Assembly (NCBI GenBank): GCA_038109055.1
Contig: JAYNIM010000003.1
Span: forward strand, 12,671 to 76,670
Source: a bacterium
GTDB lineage: Bacteria > Margulisbacteria > Marinamargulisbacteria > GCA-2716485 > JAYNIM01
Length of the DNA stretch: 64,000 bases
Direction: 5' to 3'
The translations under genes and the position numbers were made by a program. The notes below the pieces were generated by a model. That model searched no databases. It was not told the origin of the DNA and saw nothing but the letters and a program-made list of their open reading frames with translations. Of the stretch, positions 37,576 to 47,403 are shown one piece after another; position 1 is the stretch's first letter; every line of letters starts with the position of its first letter.

Positions 37576-40500
37576 TCGCCCTTATTATTTTTCATCTTTA
37601 TATGAGGGTGCATTGTTGTGCTTGCGTTATTTTTTTTATTCTTATTTTTTGCTTTGTATTTCTGTTTTTTTCCTTCTATTTGCTAAAACTACTCTTGCTG
37701 TTACGCCATCTCCTTTATATGTTCAGGTTATTACGCCCACTGCTGCTATTCAGTTGAATGCCTTTGAACTTTCTAAGGTTATTTATGAAACAGAGAAGGG
37801 GGCCTCTTTTGTTATGTCTGGAGAATCGTTCTTTTTTTATGAAATTACTCTTGCAAATAATCAAAAGGCCTGGATCGATAAAACATTTGTTGCTCTTACC
37901 AAAACCCCTAGTGAGATTCTTACTCCTTCGTTAATTCGGCTGCCTCAACACTCTCACTATTCTTATGTGCCTAGCCATGTTTATGTAGACCCCCCTGACT
38001 ATCAAAATAAACAGATTCAAAACCTGAATATTGATGGTTTTTATACTATTAACTTTAGTGGTCGTGATTATAACCCTAAAAATACCCTTGATCCTCGTTG
38101 GCAGATTATCAAATCTGATCCGTTATACACAAAATTTCCTGCTGATGTTCTTTTAGGTCCACTGAAACGTGAAGATAGCTTTAAATTTTCCTTGGATAGT
38201 CATATTTCTAAGGATCTCTACCTTTATTTTGATATTGAATCTATTCCAGACTTTCGCTCTAGATGGGATGTTCGTCTACATTTAAAAGAAAATAAATTAG
38301 CTTTTGGTGCTATTGATGCTCAATTTAATAATGGTAGTTACTCTAATCTTAAAAAATCTATTGATGGCGTTAAATATCAACGAGAAACAGATCTCTATGC
38401 TTTTACTCTAGCAAATGGAAAACAACGTTCTAACCCTCAAAAAGTATCGTTTATGGGTGATGGTGGAAAAAACTACTCACTGCAGCACAGCTCTATTTTA
38501 CGAGGTACTGTTAAAGTGTGGGTAGACAACAACCTTCAAACTGAAGGATTGGATGGTGATTATACACTCAATTATTATACGGGGAGGATTTCATTTACAT
38601 CGATCAAAACAATTACGAATGTTATTGAAATTGTTTACGAGTTCACAAATCCAATTGAAGATTTTCTACCTATCTTAAATCGAAAAGAATTTACGGGATT
38701 TCAAGCAAGTTTTAATACCCTGCGTCCTGAAAAAAAGGAGGCTGTTGTTGTTGACTATCGTGAAGTCATTCCGAGTCGTTCGATTCAAGCAGGGTTTTTC
38801 CTGACAAAACATAGGCCCCTTATCTTTGATAGTGACTCTCTAACCTTTCCGAACAAAGATCTTCAGCGCAATCACCATTATGTGATGAACTATGATTCAG
38901 GAAAAATAACCTTTTTAACTCCTATCACATCTACTCATAATTTATCTTTACGTTATCAATTCCATAAAAATGATGCTACGACAGACTATTATGTCGGTAA
39001 AGATTCTCCCGGCCCTTTTCAATTGACTCACCCTGATATTATTCGTTCATCTTTATCTGTTTATGTTGCTGGTAAACGTGTTAAAGAAATTAAAGACTAC
39101 CTTATTCTTGATAATGACAATGGGTTTTATGAGATTATTTTTAATTACCCTATCTCTTTTCCACAGTTGATCTCTGTGGCGTATAACTATCGTATTAATA
39201 CCCTCATTCCGGCGCAAAAATCGAAGGAACAATTTACTTTGGGTGTGAATGTTTTTGAAGAAAAAATTCATAATAATGAAACTTCTCTTATTGGTACTGT
39301 AGAGGAACCTGCTATTGTTAGTCAGAATACTATTTATGCCTCTCGTGTGCCGTTGACGGAACTTGCATATTTTCAGGTGTCCTACTTGAACAATGTGGTT
39401 TCTCATAATATTACGGATGCTTATCGTGGTATTATTACCGTTAATGATGCATCGCTAAATGGCAAAAGTGTTTCACTGCGTTACAAGTATAAACGTAGTG
39501 AAACCGCTTTCCTAAGTTTTACAGCCAATAAAGCATCTCATACCTATGAGATTGATAAGTATCATTACAGTAATTTTTTAAACCCAATTCAATATCTAGG
39601 TATTCGAAAAGTAACTGTGCGTGATATCGAACTTGACCCTGGGGATTATTCCGTTGAATGGAGCCAAGATGGACAAAGCTTTACTATTACGTTCTTGCAA
39701 TACAATGTTGATACAAATACTGCGCCTCAAACTCAGGTTTTACTTGGAGATAAAATTGACATTCACTATAACTATACGCCTGATGTTGCAGTGACTGGTT
39801 TATTGCAACATCGTCAGTTTGGTTTTACTATTGGTACTCAACTTACAGATCGCTGGCGTGTTGATGGTGAAATTGCTGCTGCTCAAAATAATTTCTCCAG
39901 AAAGATTTCCTTTGTTTCTGAAACACTTCTTGCCTCATCCGCCTCTTCCTTCTCTCTCTCTAAAGGTCCTGTTAAAGAAAATAGTGACTCTGTGTTTTTA
40001 AATACAGGTACCAGTGATTTTCCTATTTGGATACCTGTTAATCAGAATGAATATTATTTAAATTATAATACAGGTCAACTTATCTTTCATTCGACAGTTG
40101 CTCCTAATACTATGATTAAGGTCGAATATGATTATTTTCTTAGTCAAGATTCAGTTGTTCCTGGCACAAACCCAATGTCTTATGCTAAAAAAATTGCCCT
40201 TAGCTATGATAATTCTATATTGAATAGCCATCTGTCCTATCAACATATCGATATAGATTACAAACCTCTTAGCCAAATCAGTGAACGTAACGGTAGCCGT
40301 TTATTGCGTTCTCAATCCACCTGGGAAATCAGTAGTCAAAACCGTATAGAAGCCACGTATAGCCATTCTTCCCAAGAACAAAAATATTATGAACCTGTTA
40401 TTCAACATGACTTTTTTACAAAATCAACTCTTAAACTATTTCAATATATTGATGTCGATGCATCCCTGACTTATCATAGTGAAAAAGAAAAATATATTAT

Positions 40501-42775
40501 TCCTGTTTCAGAAGAACGCTACCGTCAAGATTCTCTTTCGTATTCGATCAATGACACATTTTCTGTAGGTCCTAAATTTTTTCGCACTACCTATGCAAAC
40601 TCATATGCTTATTCAAAAAACAACTATATCGATAACATTAATGTTGATACAACCTTAAGTTACGCACATGATATATCCTCGACTCTTTCATTAGATGATT
40701 TAGCATTTTTAGGCCCTTTTACCTTTACTCCCAGTTTTTATATGTCTATTTTAAAAACAAAAAAACCTTCTTATACTTATGCTTCTTTACAAAAAAAATT
40801 AAATCAAAGCTATAGTGCCTCTTTTTCTCCATTACGATCTTGGCGAAATAATGTGTCTTATACTGCTGAAAATACGTCCCAAAAAAATGAATCTAAAGAA
40901 TTATTACATGACAATTATGCAACAAACTACCATTTTTCTTCTTCATTTTCTCCCGTCTCTTGGTTTTCTAGCGATCTATCTACCTACCATAAAGAGGCAT
41001 TTAGTAAACTTAGTCATACACAATCGTTGATTCAAGATACCTACTCGGTCGGTATTAGTTCATTTAAACCCATTGGTGTTTTACGTCTATTACGTTTACG
41101 TGATACACATTTTCTTCGTCGTGCTTTGGCTTATACCTATGGTTCAGCAACCTTTTCAAATGACGTTTCTAAACAAAAAGATTCTCTTATTTTGAACACT
41201 AATAGTATCCAACGTTATACCTTAAGTTCTATTGAGCTTCTTAAAAATGCTGTGCTTAAATCTGTTTCATATGGGCTCACTGATCAACATTATAAAACCT
41301 TAGAGGCATCTAGCTCTTATCAAACAAGTTCCACTGATTCTCATCTAAAAAATTATGCTTTTTCCTTTTCGTACTTTCCAACCTATCGTTGGCTAAACCG
41401 TTTTAACTATTCTATCTTTTATAAACATAATACCCAAACTAGTTTGGGGAAGGATGTCTATGAAAATGCTAATTATAAGCTTGTAGAAACGGATACCCCT
41501 TTGTTTGAAAACAAGCAAACATTTCGTCTTAATTCTATCCCTCTGCATTTTTGGGGCTTGGGCTATGTTAGTACTTTTGAGGCTTCGTATGCACTAGATA
41601 GTCGCTATACGCGTAATGAAACGTCTGTCAACTATCGGCATCCATCAAATTCTTTAGACCCTTATCAACAATTTGATAATTTGCTTTCGACTAGTCATTC
41701 TGTTACGTCACAATTTTCTAGATATTTTCGTCGCTATAAGTTTGGAAATGTGACGTATTCAACTATTTTTGAGCGTTCGATTTCTGAACAATTAAATTCA
41801 TTATCCTACTCGTTTTCTCCTAATAAAAATACCGAATCTTCTGATTTTCGATATAAACATTCTGGCAGCCATACTATTAGCATGAAGCCTTTCTCTCAAT
41901 TTGATCTAACTAGTAAATATCAGTATAGTTCTGAAGATAATACTGTTCATACAACATCAACATTTAAAACATTTCTGGATCAAAATACCTTTTCCATTTC
42001 TAGCGTATTTCCTGTGTTTTGGTCATTGTCTTTAAACACAGGGTTTCAAGAAAATTATTTACTTCAGTATCGAGGTAGTGCAAAACATTTATCAAAGAAT
42101 GATTTATATCAGGCCTATCTTGATACCTATAACGGAACGTTTAGAAATTATTTTATTGAACGACTGTTAAAAGATACCCAGACTTATTCCGTAGGATTAA
42201 CATATACTTTCTCTTCTATCTTGAATTTAACAGGCACTCACTCTCAAACTTATACATTAAATAGACATAGAACCTTAAACTCGAATTCTGACCTTAATTT
42301 TTTGATAATTAAAGAGTCTCTTTTAACAAAATTTTCTCCTCTCAAGGCACTTGATATTGTGTCCGAATTTAGCCTTAATTACAGTAAAAATAAAACTTTA
42401 AATCAACAAATCTTTCAAAAGGGGTACCAACATGTTCTTTCAGTTAGCTACTCTCCAATAAAAACTAGATACTTTAATGTCAATCTTAGCTACTCTAAAA
42501 GTAATAATTGGGGCCAGCTCATTAATAACAATGAACAAGAAGGGGATGAAGTTCTTGAAGGACATACGACTGCAACGTCTATTACGAAACAAAATAATAG
42601 TCAGGAAATTGGGCAGCTTTCTGTTAATATTACATACCCTTTTCATAAAACACCGCATATTGATAAATTAACAATTACTGGTGAAGGTTACATTAAACGA
42701 AAGTCAGATCGCTATGAAACGCTTTATAATTATGATCTTTCTGGATTAACTCTTGAGCTCAAACTTCATCTATAA
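37568..42775 (+). CDS. Giant (1,735 aa) predicted envelope / outer-membrane-associated protein; function unknown
   Basis: N-terminal hydrophobic anchor or signal, then an SH3b-like segment. The motif [DEH]Y-x-[LM]-N-Y-x-[ST]-G-x-[IL]-x-F occurs three times (DYTLNYYTGRISF, HYVMNYDSGKITF, EYYLNYNTGQLIF). The ~900 aa C-terminal half is S/T/Y/N-rich with alternating polar/hydrophobic patterns. ATG overlaps the queA stop. Confidence 0.7.
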   Translation: MINRPYYFSSLYEGALLCLRYFFYSYFLLCISVFFLLFAKTTLAVTPSPLYVQVITPTAAIQLNAFELSKVIYETEKGASFVMSGESFFFYEITLANNQKAWIDKTFVALTKTPSEILTPSLIRLPQHSHYSYVPSHVYVDPPDYQNKQIQNLNIDGFYTINFSGRDYNPKNTLDPRWQIIKSDPLYTKFPADVLLGPLKREDSFKFSLDSHISKDLYLYFDIESIPDFRSRWDVRLHLKENKLAFGAIDAQFNNGSYSNLKKSIDGVKYQRETDLYAFTLANGKQRSNPQKVSFMGDGGKNYSLQHSSILRGTVKVWVDNNLQTEGLDGDYTLNYYTGRISFTSIKTITNVIEIVYEFTNPIEDFLPILNRKEFTGFQASFNTLRPEKKEAVVVDYREVIPSRSIQAGFFLTKHRPLIFDSDSLTFPNKDLQRNHHYVMNYDSGKITFLTPITSTHNLSLRYQFHKNDATTDYYVGKDSPGPFQLTHPDIIRSSLSVYVAGKRVKEIKDYLILDNDNGFYEIIFNYPISFPQLISVAYNYRINTLIPAQKSKEQFTLGVNVFEEKIHNNETSLIGTVEEPAIVSQNTIYASRVPLTELAYFQVSYLNNVVSHNITDAYRGIITVNDASLNGKSVSLRYKYKRSETAFLSFTANKASHTYEIDKYHYSNFLNPIQYLGIRKVTVRDIELDPGDYSVEWSQDGQSFTITFLQYNVDTNTAPQTQVLLGDKIDIHYNYTPDVAVTGLLQHRQFGFTIGTQLTDRWRVDGEIAAAQNNFSRKISFVSETLLASSASSFSLSKGPVKENSDSVFLNTGTSDFPIWIPVNQNEYYLNYNTGQLIFHSTVAPNTMIKVEYDYFLSQDSVVPGTNPMSYAKKIALSYDNSILNSHLSYQHIDIDYKPLSQISERNGSRLLRSQSTWEISSQNRIEATYSHSSQEQKYYEPVIQHDFFTKSTLKLFQYIDVDASLTYHSEKEKYIIPVSEERYRQDSLSYSINDTFSVGPKFFRTTYANSYAYSKNNYIDNINVDTTLSYAHDISSTLSLDDLAFLGPFTFTPSFYMSILKTKKPSYTYASLQKKLNQSYSASFSPLRSWRNNVSYTAENTSQKNESKELLHDNYATNYHFSSSFSPVSWFSSDLSTYHKEAFSKLSHTQSLIQDTYSVGISSFKPIGVLRLLRLRDTHFLRRALAYTYGSATFSNDVSKQKDSLILNTNSIQRYTLSSIELLKNAVLKSVSYGLTDQHYKTLEASSSYQTSSTDSHLKNYAFSFSYFPTYRWLNRFNYSIFYKHNTQTSLGKDVYENANYKLVETDTPLFENKQTFRLNSIPLHFWGLGYVSTFEASYALDSRYTRNETSVNYRHPSNSLDPYQQFDNLLSTSHSVTSQFSRYFRRYKFGNVTYSTIFERSISEQLNSLSYSFSPNKNTESSDFRYKHSGSHTISMKPFSQFDLTSKYQYSSEDNTVHTTSTFKTFLDQNTFSISSVFPVFWSLSLNTGFQENYLLQYRGSAKHLSKNDLYQAYLDTYNGTFRNYFIERLLKDTQTYSVGLTYTFSSILNLTGTHSQTYTLNRHRTLNSNSDLNFLIIKESLLTKFSPLKALDIVSEFSLNYSKNKTLNQQIFQKGYQHVLSVSYSPIKTRYFNVNLSYSKSNNWGQLINNNEQEGDEVLEGHTTATSITKQNNSQEIGQLSVNITYPFHKTPHIDKLTITGEGYIKRKSDRYETLYNYDLSGLTLELKLHL

Positions 42776-42803
42776 TGGCAATGTGTCACACTGCTCATTT
42801 AGC

Positions 42804-43316
42804 CTATTTCCTGTATGTTTTGTTTGTCTTAGCTAAGGCCTTATTTCTCTTGATCTCATATATTCCGCCGATCGCAACGGCTAGTGCATCACAAACATCG
42901 TCTGGCTTTGGTGCTGATTTTAAATTTAGAAGTCGCATTACCATGTATTCTACTTGTTTTTTTGTTGCTCTTCCGTAACCACAAACCGCCATTTTTACCT
43001 GTAGAGGTGTCAGGGATATCGGTGAACAACCATATTGTTCACATTTTAAAACAAGTGCTCCTCTGGCTTGTGCAACATTTATCGCTGTTTTTGTATTGGT
43101 GTTGAAAAATAACGATTCAATTGCAATACCATCTGGTTTATAGTGATCCAAAATTTGACTTAACTGTTGTGAAATTGATAGCAATCTCTCTGAAAATGCT
43201 TGCTTTGCGTCAGTTATAATTGCCTTGTAATACAAGGCCTTGGTCTTGTTTCCTGTAGATTCAATAACAGCAATACCAACAATTGCGTATCCAGGATCAA
43301 TTCCTAATATAATCAC
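42804..43316 (-). CDS. ruvC: Holliday junction resolvase RuvC
   Basis: MIILGIDPGYAIVGIAVIE...GIAIESLFFNTN...DDVCDALAVAIG. Confidence 0.9.
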   Translation of the reverse strand: MIILGIDPGYAIVGIAVIESTGNKTKALYYKAIITDAKQAFSERLLSISQQLSQILDHYKPDGIAIESLFFNTNTKTAINVAQARGALVLKCEQYGCSPISLTPLQVKMAVCGYGRATKKQVEYMVMRLLNLKSAPKPDDVCDALAVAIGGIYEIKRNKALAKTNKTYRK

Positions 43317-43319
43317 ATT

Positions 43320-44267
43320 CTAAACGATTTGAACCTCTAAAAAGGTAATATGTATATAAATTTCTTCTTTGGGCCTTAGCGGCTGTTTAAATATTACTTT
43401 TTGTACTGACTTCACTTCACATTGATCTACAATACCTTCTACATCATGCCAAGCTTTTAATTCTGTATTTTTGAGTTCCGCTATCATACCGTAATGACTT
43501 TTATATAGTTTTGCGTTTACTTTCATTGTGATATGACCGCGAATATCTCTCTCTTTTAACCATAATAATACTGTATCTTCGATTGACGTTACTTGTAATA
43601 CGCCCATTAATAATGGATTGCCTGGAAAATGACCTTTATTGCAAATATGGGTTTCGGGGAAAAAATAGCTTGCCCATGCCTCTGTTTCTGATGAAAAAAA
43701 TAGTTCATCTGTTATGACTAAGTCTGGATGCTTTAGATCGCTGTTTTTGTTTGCCACTTTCTTGCAATTAGAGGATGGAATGGTCAGTGCTTGTTTTTGT
43801 ACTTCTTGTGAAATATCATCATTATCTTTTATGTAGTAAGCAACCATTTCTCCCTGTGCAAGCCTTTGTTGATTACTATCGTATAATTGTCCTGAATATT
43901 TATGAAATCCTCTTTTATTACCCAGGCTATGTACCGTACCTTGTAAGCTTGTATTAATATAAAAGTCCTTCTCTTTTGTGTATTTGGCTGCACTTGCGAA
44001 AATAATCAAATCGTCTTTCGTCACACCTTTTGTAGATGCGATAGCTCCCAAGGCTAATACCTCAAGATATAATGCTGAGAGTAAACAATAACGGCCATGT
44101 TCTTTTTGACGAAAGAAAATATGTCTGTTTAATAGATCATTTTTTTCTATTTTTAACTGTAATTCTCCTGGATGATTTGGTTCTGCTATTTTTACCTTAT
44201 CTAATAATAAATTTTCATATCGATGTCTTATCTTTTCTTTAATCCCGTCTTGATGTAATTGTGTCAT
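43320..44267 (-). CDS. Fused tandem FabZ/FabA-like hotdog-fold protein (double hotdog)
   Basis: The N-half has IRHRYENLLLDKV (cf. FabZ LPHRFPFLLVDRV). The C-half has NKGHFPGNPLLMGVLQVTSIED (cf. [20 protein letters not shown]). 315 aa is roughly two FabZ lengths. Confidence 0.65.
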   Translation of the reverse strand: MTQLHQDGIKEKIRHRYENLLLDKVKIAEPNHPGELQLKIEKNDLLNRHIFFRQKEHGRYCLLSALYLEVLALGAIASTKGVTKDDLIIFASAAKYTKEKDFYINTSLQGTVHSLGNKRGFHKYSGQLYDSNQQRLAQGEMVAYYIKDNDDISQEVQKQALTIPSSNCKKVANKNSDLKHPDLVITDELFFSSETEAWASYFFPETHICNKGHFPGNPLLMGVLQVTSIEDTVLLWLKERDIRGHITMKVNAKLYKSHYGMIAELKNTELKAWHDVEGIVDQCEVKSVQKVIFKQPLRPKEEIYIHITFLEVQIV

Positions 44268-44287
44268 GTCTTTATCTTTAATATATC

Positions 44288-45040
44288 TTAGTTTGATTCA
44301 ATAATTAGTGTCTTTAGCTTTAAAATTGATTTTCCCAAAAGTCGTGAAATATGCATCTGTGATAATCCTAACCTATCTGCAATTTGTGTTTGTGATAAGC
44401 CTCCATAATACCTTAAATACACTATACGGCGTTCTCGTTTTGTTAGCTTATAAATAGCTTCTTTAAGTGTTTCTTTATTAAGTAAACTATCCTCTTTACC
44501 TATCACCCCTAAACGGTTCATGATATTTTCATTTTGATTGCCTTGATTAGACAACTGATTATGGGTGTATGTGGGTGTGTCTAAAGATATTGTTCGTGTA
44601 TTTTGACCTGCTTCCATTGCTTCTAAAACGAGTTCTTCACTTACATCTAATTTTTGGGCTAAAACTTTCAATGTGGGTTGTTTTTGATCGTTTTGCATAT
44701 CTCTGACTATTGTTTTTATTTTTGCATAAACCTCTTGTAGGCGTCGTGGTACTTTGATTAATTTATTTTTATCTCTAAAATAATGTTTAATTTCTCCAAT
44801 GATATTCGGTGTTACAAATGTTGCAAAATCTATATTTTTATTTATATCATAGCGGTCTAAACAGCGTATTAGCGCAATATTCCCGATTTGAATTAAATCG
44901 TCCAAATCATCTATATTGTAGGCTAATTTTCTTGCAATGTATTCTACTAATGGCTTAAAGGTTATTGAGATTTTTTCAAGTAATTCTATGCTTTTATTTT
45001 TGTAATAAAGCTTAACTAACTCTTGCTGCTTATTTTTCAC
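44288..45040 (-). CDS. Group-3 alternative sigma factor (SigB/SigF/FliA-like)
   Basis: Region 2 DLIQIGNIALIRCLDRYD..FATFVTPNIIGEIKHYFRD, then IKVPRRLQE. Region 4 RERRIVYLRYYGGLSQTQIADRLGLSQMHISRLL. 250 aa. Confidence 0.85.
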   Translation of the reverse strand: MKNKQQELVKLYYKNKSIELLEKISITFKPLVEYIARKLAYNIDDLDDLIQIGNIALIRCLDRYDINKNIDFATFVTPNIIGEIKHYFRDKNKLIKVPRRLQEVYAKIKTIVRDMQNDQKQPTLKVLAQKLDVSEELVLEAMEAGQNTRTISLDTPTYTHNQLSNQGNQNENIMNRLGVIGKEDSLLNKETLKEAIYKLTKRERRIVYLRYYGGLSQTQIADRLGLSQMHISRLLGKSILKLKTLIIESN

Positions 45041-45106
45041 TCGTTATTAATCCTAGAATATAGAAATTAGTATATTATTATATCCATTGCTATACTCTCA
45101 AACAAG

Positions 45107-46279
45107 ATGTATTCATTCGACTCTCGAAAAATCACTCCGGGTGATACGTTCTTATGTTTACCAGGTGCAGAACGTTACATAGAACACGCCATGCGAAATG
45201 GTGCTGTTGATCATGTTCATCTAGATCGACAAACGTTGGCAGTGTTTGCTAAATATTATTTTTCCTGTCCTGATGAGCAGCTTTTTATCATTGGTATTAC
45301 TGGTACAAATGGTAAAACAACCATTTCGCACATGGTCCATCAGACACTTGTCTCTCTTGGTCATAATAGCTTACTATTGGGAACCTTACACTCTCCCTTA
45401 ACTACCATGGAAAGTTGGGATCTTTTCTCTTGTTTTTATGATCATTTGTGGAAAGGTGGGACACATGTAGTCATGGAAGTATCCTCTCATGGTATCGCAC
45501 AGCATCGCATTTTTGGTATTGATTTTAATATTAAATGCTTAAGTAATATTAGTCAGGATCATTTAGACTTTCATCATACCTTTGCTGCCTATAAAGCATG
45601 TAAACTATCCTTTATGAATGCCTCTTCTTGTGTCAAAGTTTTTCCACTTGAGGTTTCTCGACTTTCTTTGCCTTTTAAAAATCCGTTACTAGGTCATTTT
45701 AACTTAAATAATGTCAAAGCTGCTTATCGTATTTTGCAACACTGTGATTTACCTAACGATTTGATTTGTCAATCTTTAAAGAAAACAACGGGTGTCTGTG
45801 GTCGTTTTGAAGCTATTAAAAATTCATTATCTTTGCAAATTTTCATTGATTTTGCCCATACTCCGGCTGCGTTGAAAGCTTTGTTAACCTCCGGCCGTTT
45901 GCTTGCTAAAAAAACCTGTGGCCGTTTGTGGATTGTTTTTGGCTGTGGAGGTAATCGTGATCAAAATAAGCGTGCAAAAATGGGGGCTATTGCTTCATCT
46001 ATTTCAGATGTTATTGTGCTTTGTAATGATAATCCACGAAATGAGGATCCTGCCCGTATTATTCAGGATATTTGTCAGGGTATTCAACATTCTTGTTTTA
46101 AGGTTATACCAGATCGAAAAAAAGCTATCTTTCATGCTGTGCAGCATATAACGCCTAATGATATACTTTTAGTGGCTGGAAAAGGTCACGAATCTCAACA
46201 GATTACTCGAGGTCGATCCATTCCGTTTTCTGATAAAGAGGTTATATTGTCTGCTTTGACGCTATTGAAAAAAAAATAA
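45107..46279 (+). CDS. murE: UDP-N-acetylmuramoyl-tripeptide synthetase MurE (short, 390 aa)
   Basis: DSRKITPGDTFLCLPG, GITGTNGKTT and GCGGNRDQNKRAKMG...CNDNPRNEDP (the DNPR motif is MurE-specific). Confidence 0.85.
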   Translation: MYSFDSRKITPGDTFLCLPGAERYIEHAMRNGAVDHVHLDRQTLAVFAKYYFSCPDEQLFIIGITGTNGKTTISHMVHQTLVSLGHNSLLLGTLHSPLTTMESWDLFSCFYDHLWKGGTHVVMEVSSHGIAQHRIFGIDFNIKCLSNISQDHLDFHHTFAAYKACKLSFMNASSCVKVFPLEVSRLSLPFKNPLLGHFNLNNVKAAYRILQHCDLPNDLICQSLKKTTGVCGRFEAIKNSLSLQIFIDFAHTPAALKALLTSGRLLAKKTCGRLWIVFGCGGNRDQNKRAKMGAIASSISDVIVLCNDNPRNEDPARIIQDICQGIQHSCFKVIPDRKKAIFHAVQHITPNDILLVAGKGHESQQITRGRSIPFSDKEVILSALTLLKKK

Positions 46280-47403
46280 TGGATATTTCTATTGATTCGC
46301 GAACTATTCAAAAAGGGCAATATTTTATTCCTGTTAAAGGAAAGAATTATGATGGACGAGACTTTATCAAAGAGGCTGTATCTAAGGGTGGTATTTTATT
46401 GGATGTGGATCTACAGAAGTATACTAAATCCTATCGAAAAAAGTTATCTGCTACTGTTATTGCTGTAACTGGATCTGTGGGTAAAACAACGTGCTGTCAG
46501 ATGCTTTATTCTCTGTTACGACCTTATTTTAATACGGTTTGTACTACGGGAAACCAAAATAATGATATTGGGGTTCCGTTAACTATATTACGTGCAGATT
46601 TTCAAACAGAAATCTTAATTTTAGAGCTGGGTATTCGTCAAAAATCTGATATGTTACCTTTAGTTCAAGTTTGCCGTCCCTCACTATCTATTGTGACAGG
46701 AATTTCCTACTGCCATATGGCTTTTTACCGTTCTTTAAAGCAGCTAGCACTTGCTAAATCTACTATTTTTCAAAAACCTTTATCTTGGGAACAATTAAAC
46801 CGTACTGCTCTTATTCCTTCCGATAATGTCTTTTTTGATGTGTTATCAGAAAAAGCTCAGCGAGCTGAGTATAAGGTTAGGGCCTTTCATGGTGATTCGC
46901 CTAGAGCCGCAATGCTTGATCTTTGCTATCAAGTGGGCCGATACTTTTCTTTAGATGAATCACAGATAACCCAGGGGCTTAGTAATTTTATTTCACTTGA
47001 ACAACGTTTAAAAAAAATTACCCTCTCTAAATGTACTCTTTATGATGATACCTACAATGCAAACCCTGCTAGTGTCCTCTATGCCTTAGATGTCCTCAAA
47101 CCACTTAGTAGCCGTAAACTTTTTGTTTTGGGGGATATGCTTGAATTGGGATCTTTTACTGATCTTGCTTATAGCCAAATGTATCTCCCTATGATCGATG
47201 CTGATATATCACTTTTCATTTCTTGTGGGAATATTGTTCCTAAAGTTCCAGATACTATTTCCTCGCTTCATTTTCATCATAAAGACTTGTTACATGCTTA
47301 TCTAAAGGATGAAATCATACCTGGTGATACTATCCTGATAAAAGGGTCCCGATTAAGTCGTATGGAGGATACGGTTTCATACCTTAAGACCCATGTTTCT
47401 TAA
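46279..47403 (+). CDS. murF: UDP-MurNAc-pentapeptide synthetase MurF (short, 374 aa)
   Basis: DSRTIQKGQYFIPVKGKNYDGRDF, VTGSVGKTT and DDTYNANP. Confidence 0.85.
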   Translation: MDISIDSRTIQKGQYFIPVKGKNYDGRDFIKEAVSKGGILLDVDLQKYTKSYRKKLSATVIAVTGSVGKTTCCQMLYSLLRPYFNTVCTTGNQNNDIGVPLTILRADFQTEILILELGIRQKSDMLPLVQVCRPSLSIVTGISYCHMAFYRSLKQLALAKSTIFQKPLSWEQLNRTALIPSDNVFFDVLSEKAQRAEYKVRAFHGDSPRAAMLDLCYQVGRYFSLDESQITQGLSNFISLEQRLKKITLSKCTLYDDTYNANPASVLYALDVLKPLSSRKLFVLGDMLELGSFTDLAYSQMYLPMIDADISLFISCGNIVPKVPDTISSLHFHHKDLLHAYLKDEIIPGDTILIKGSRLSRMEDTVSYLKTHVS

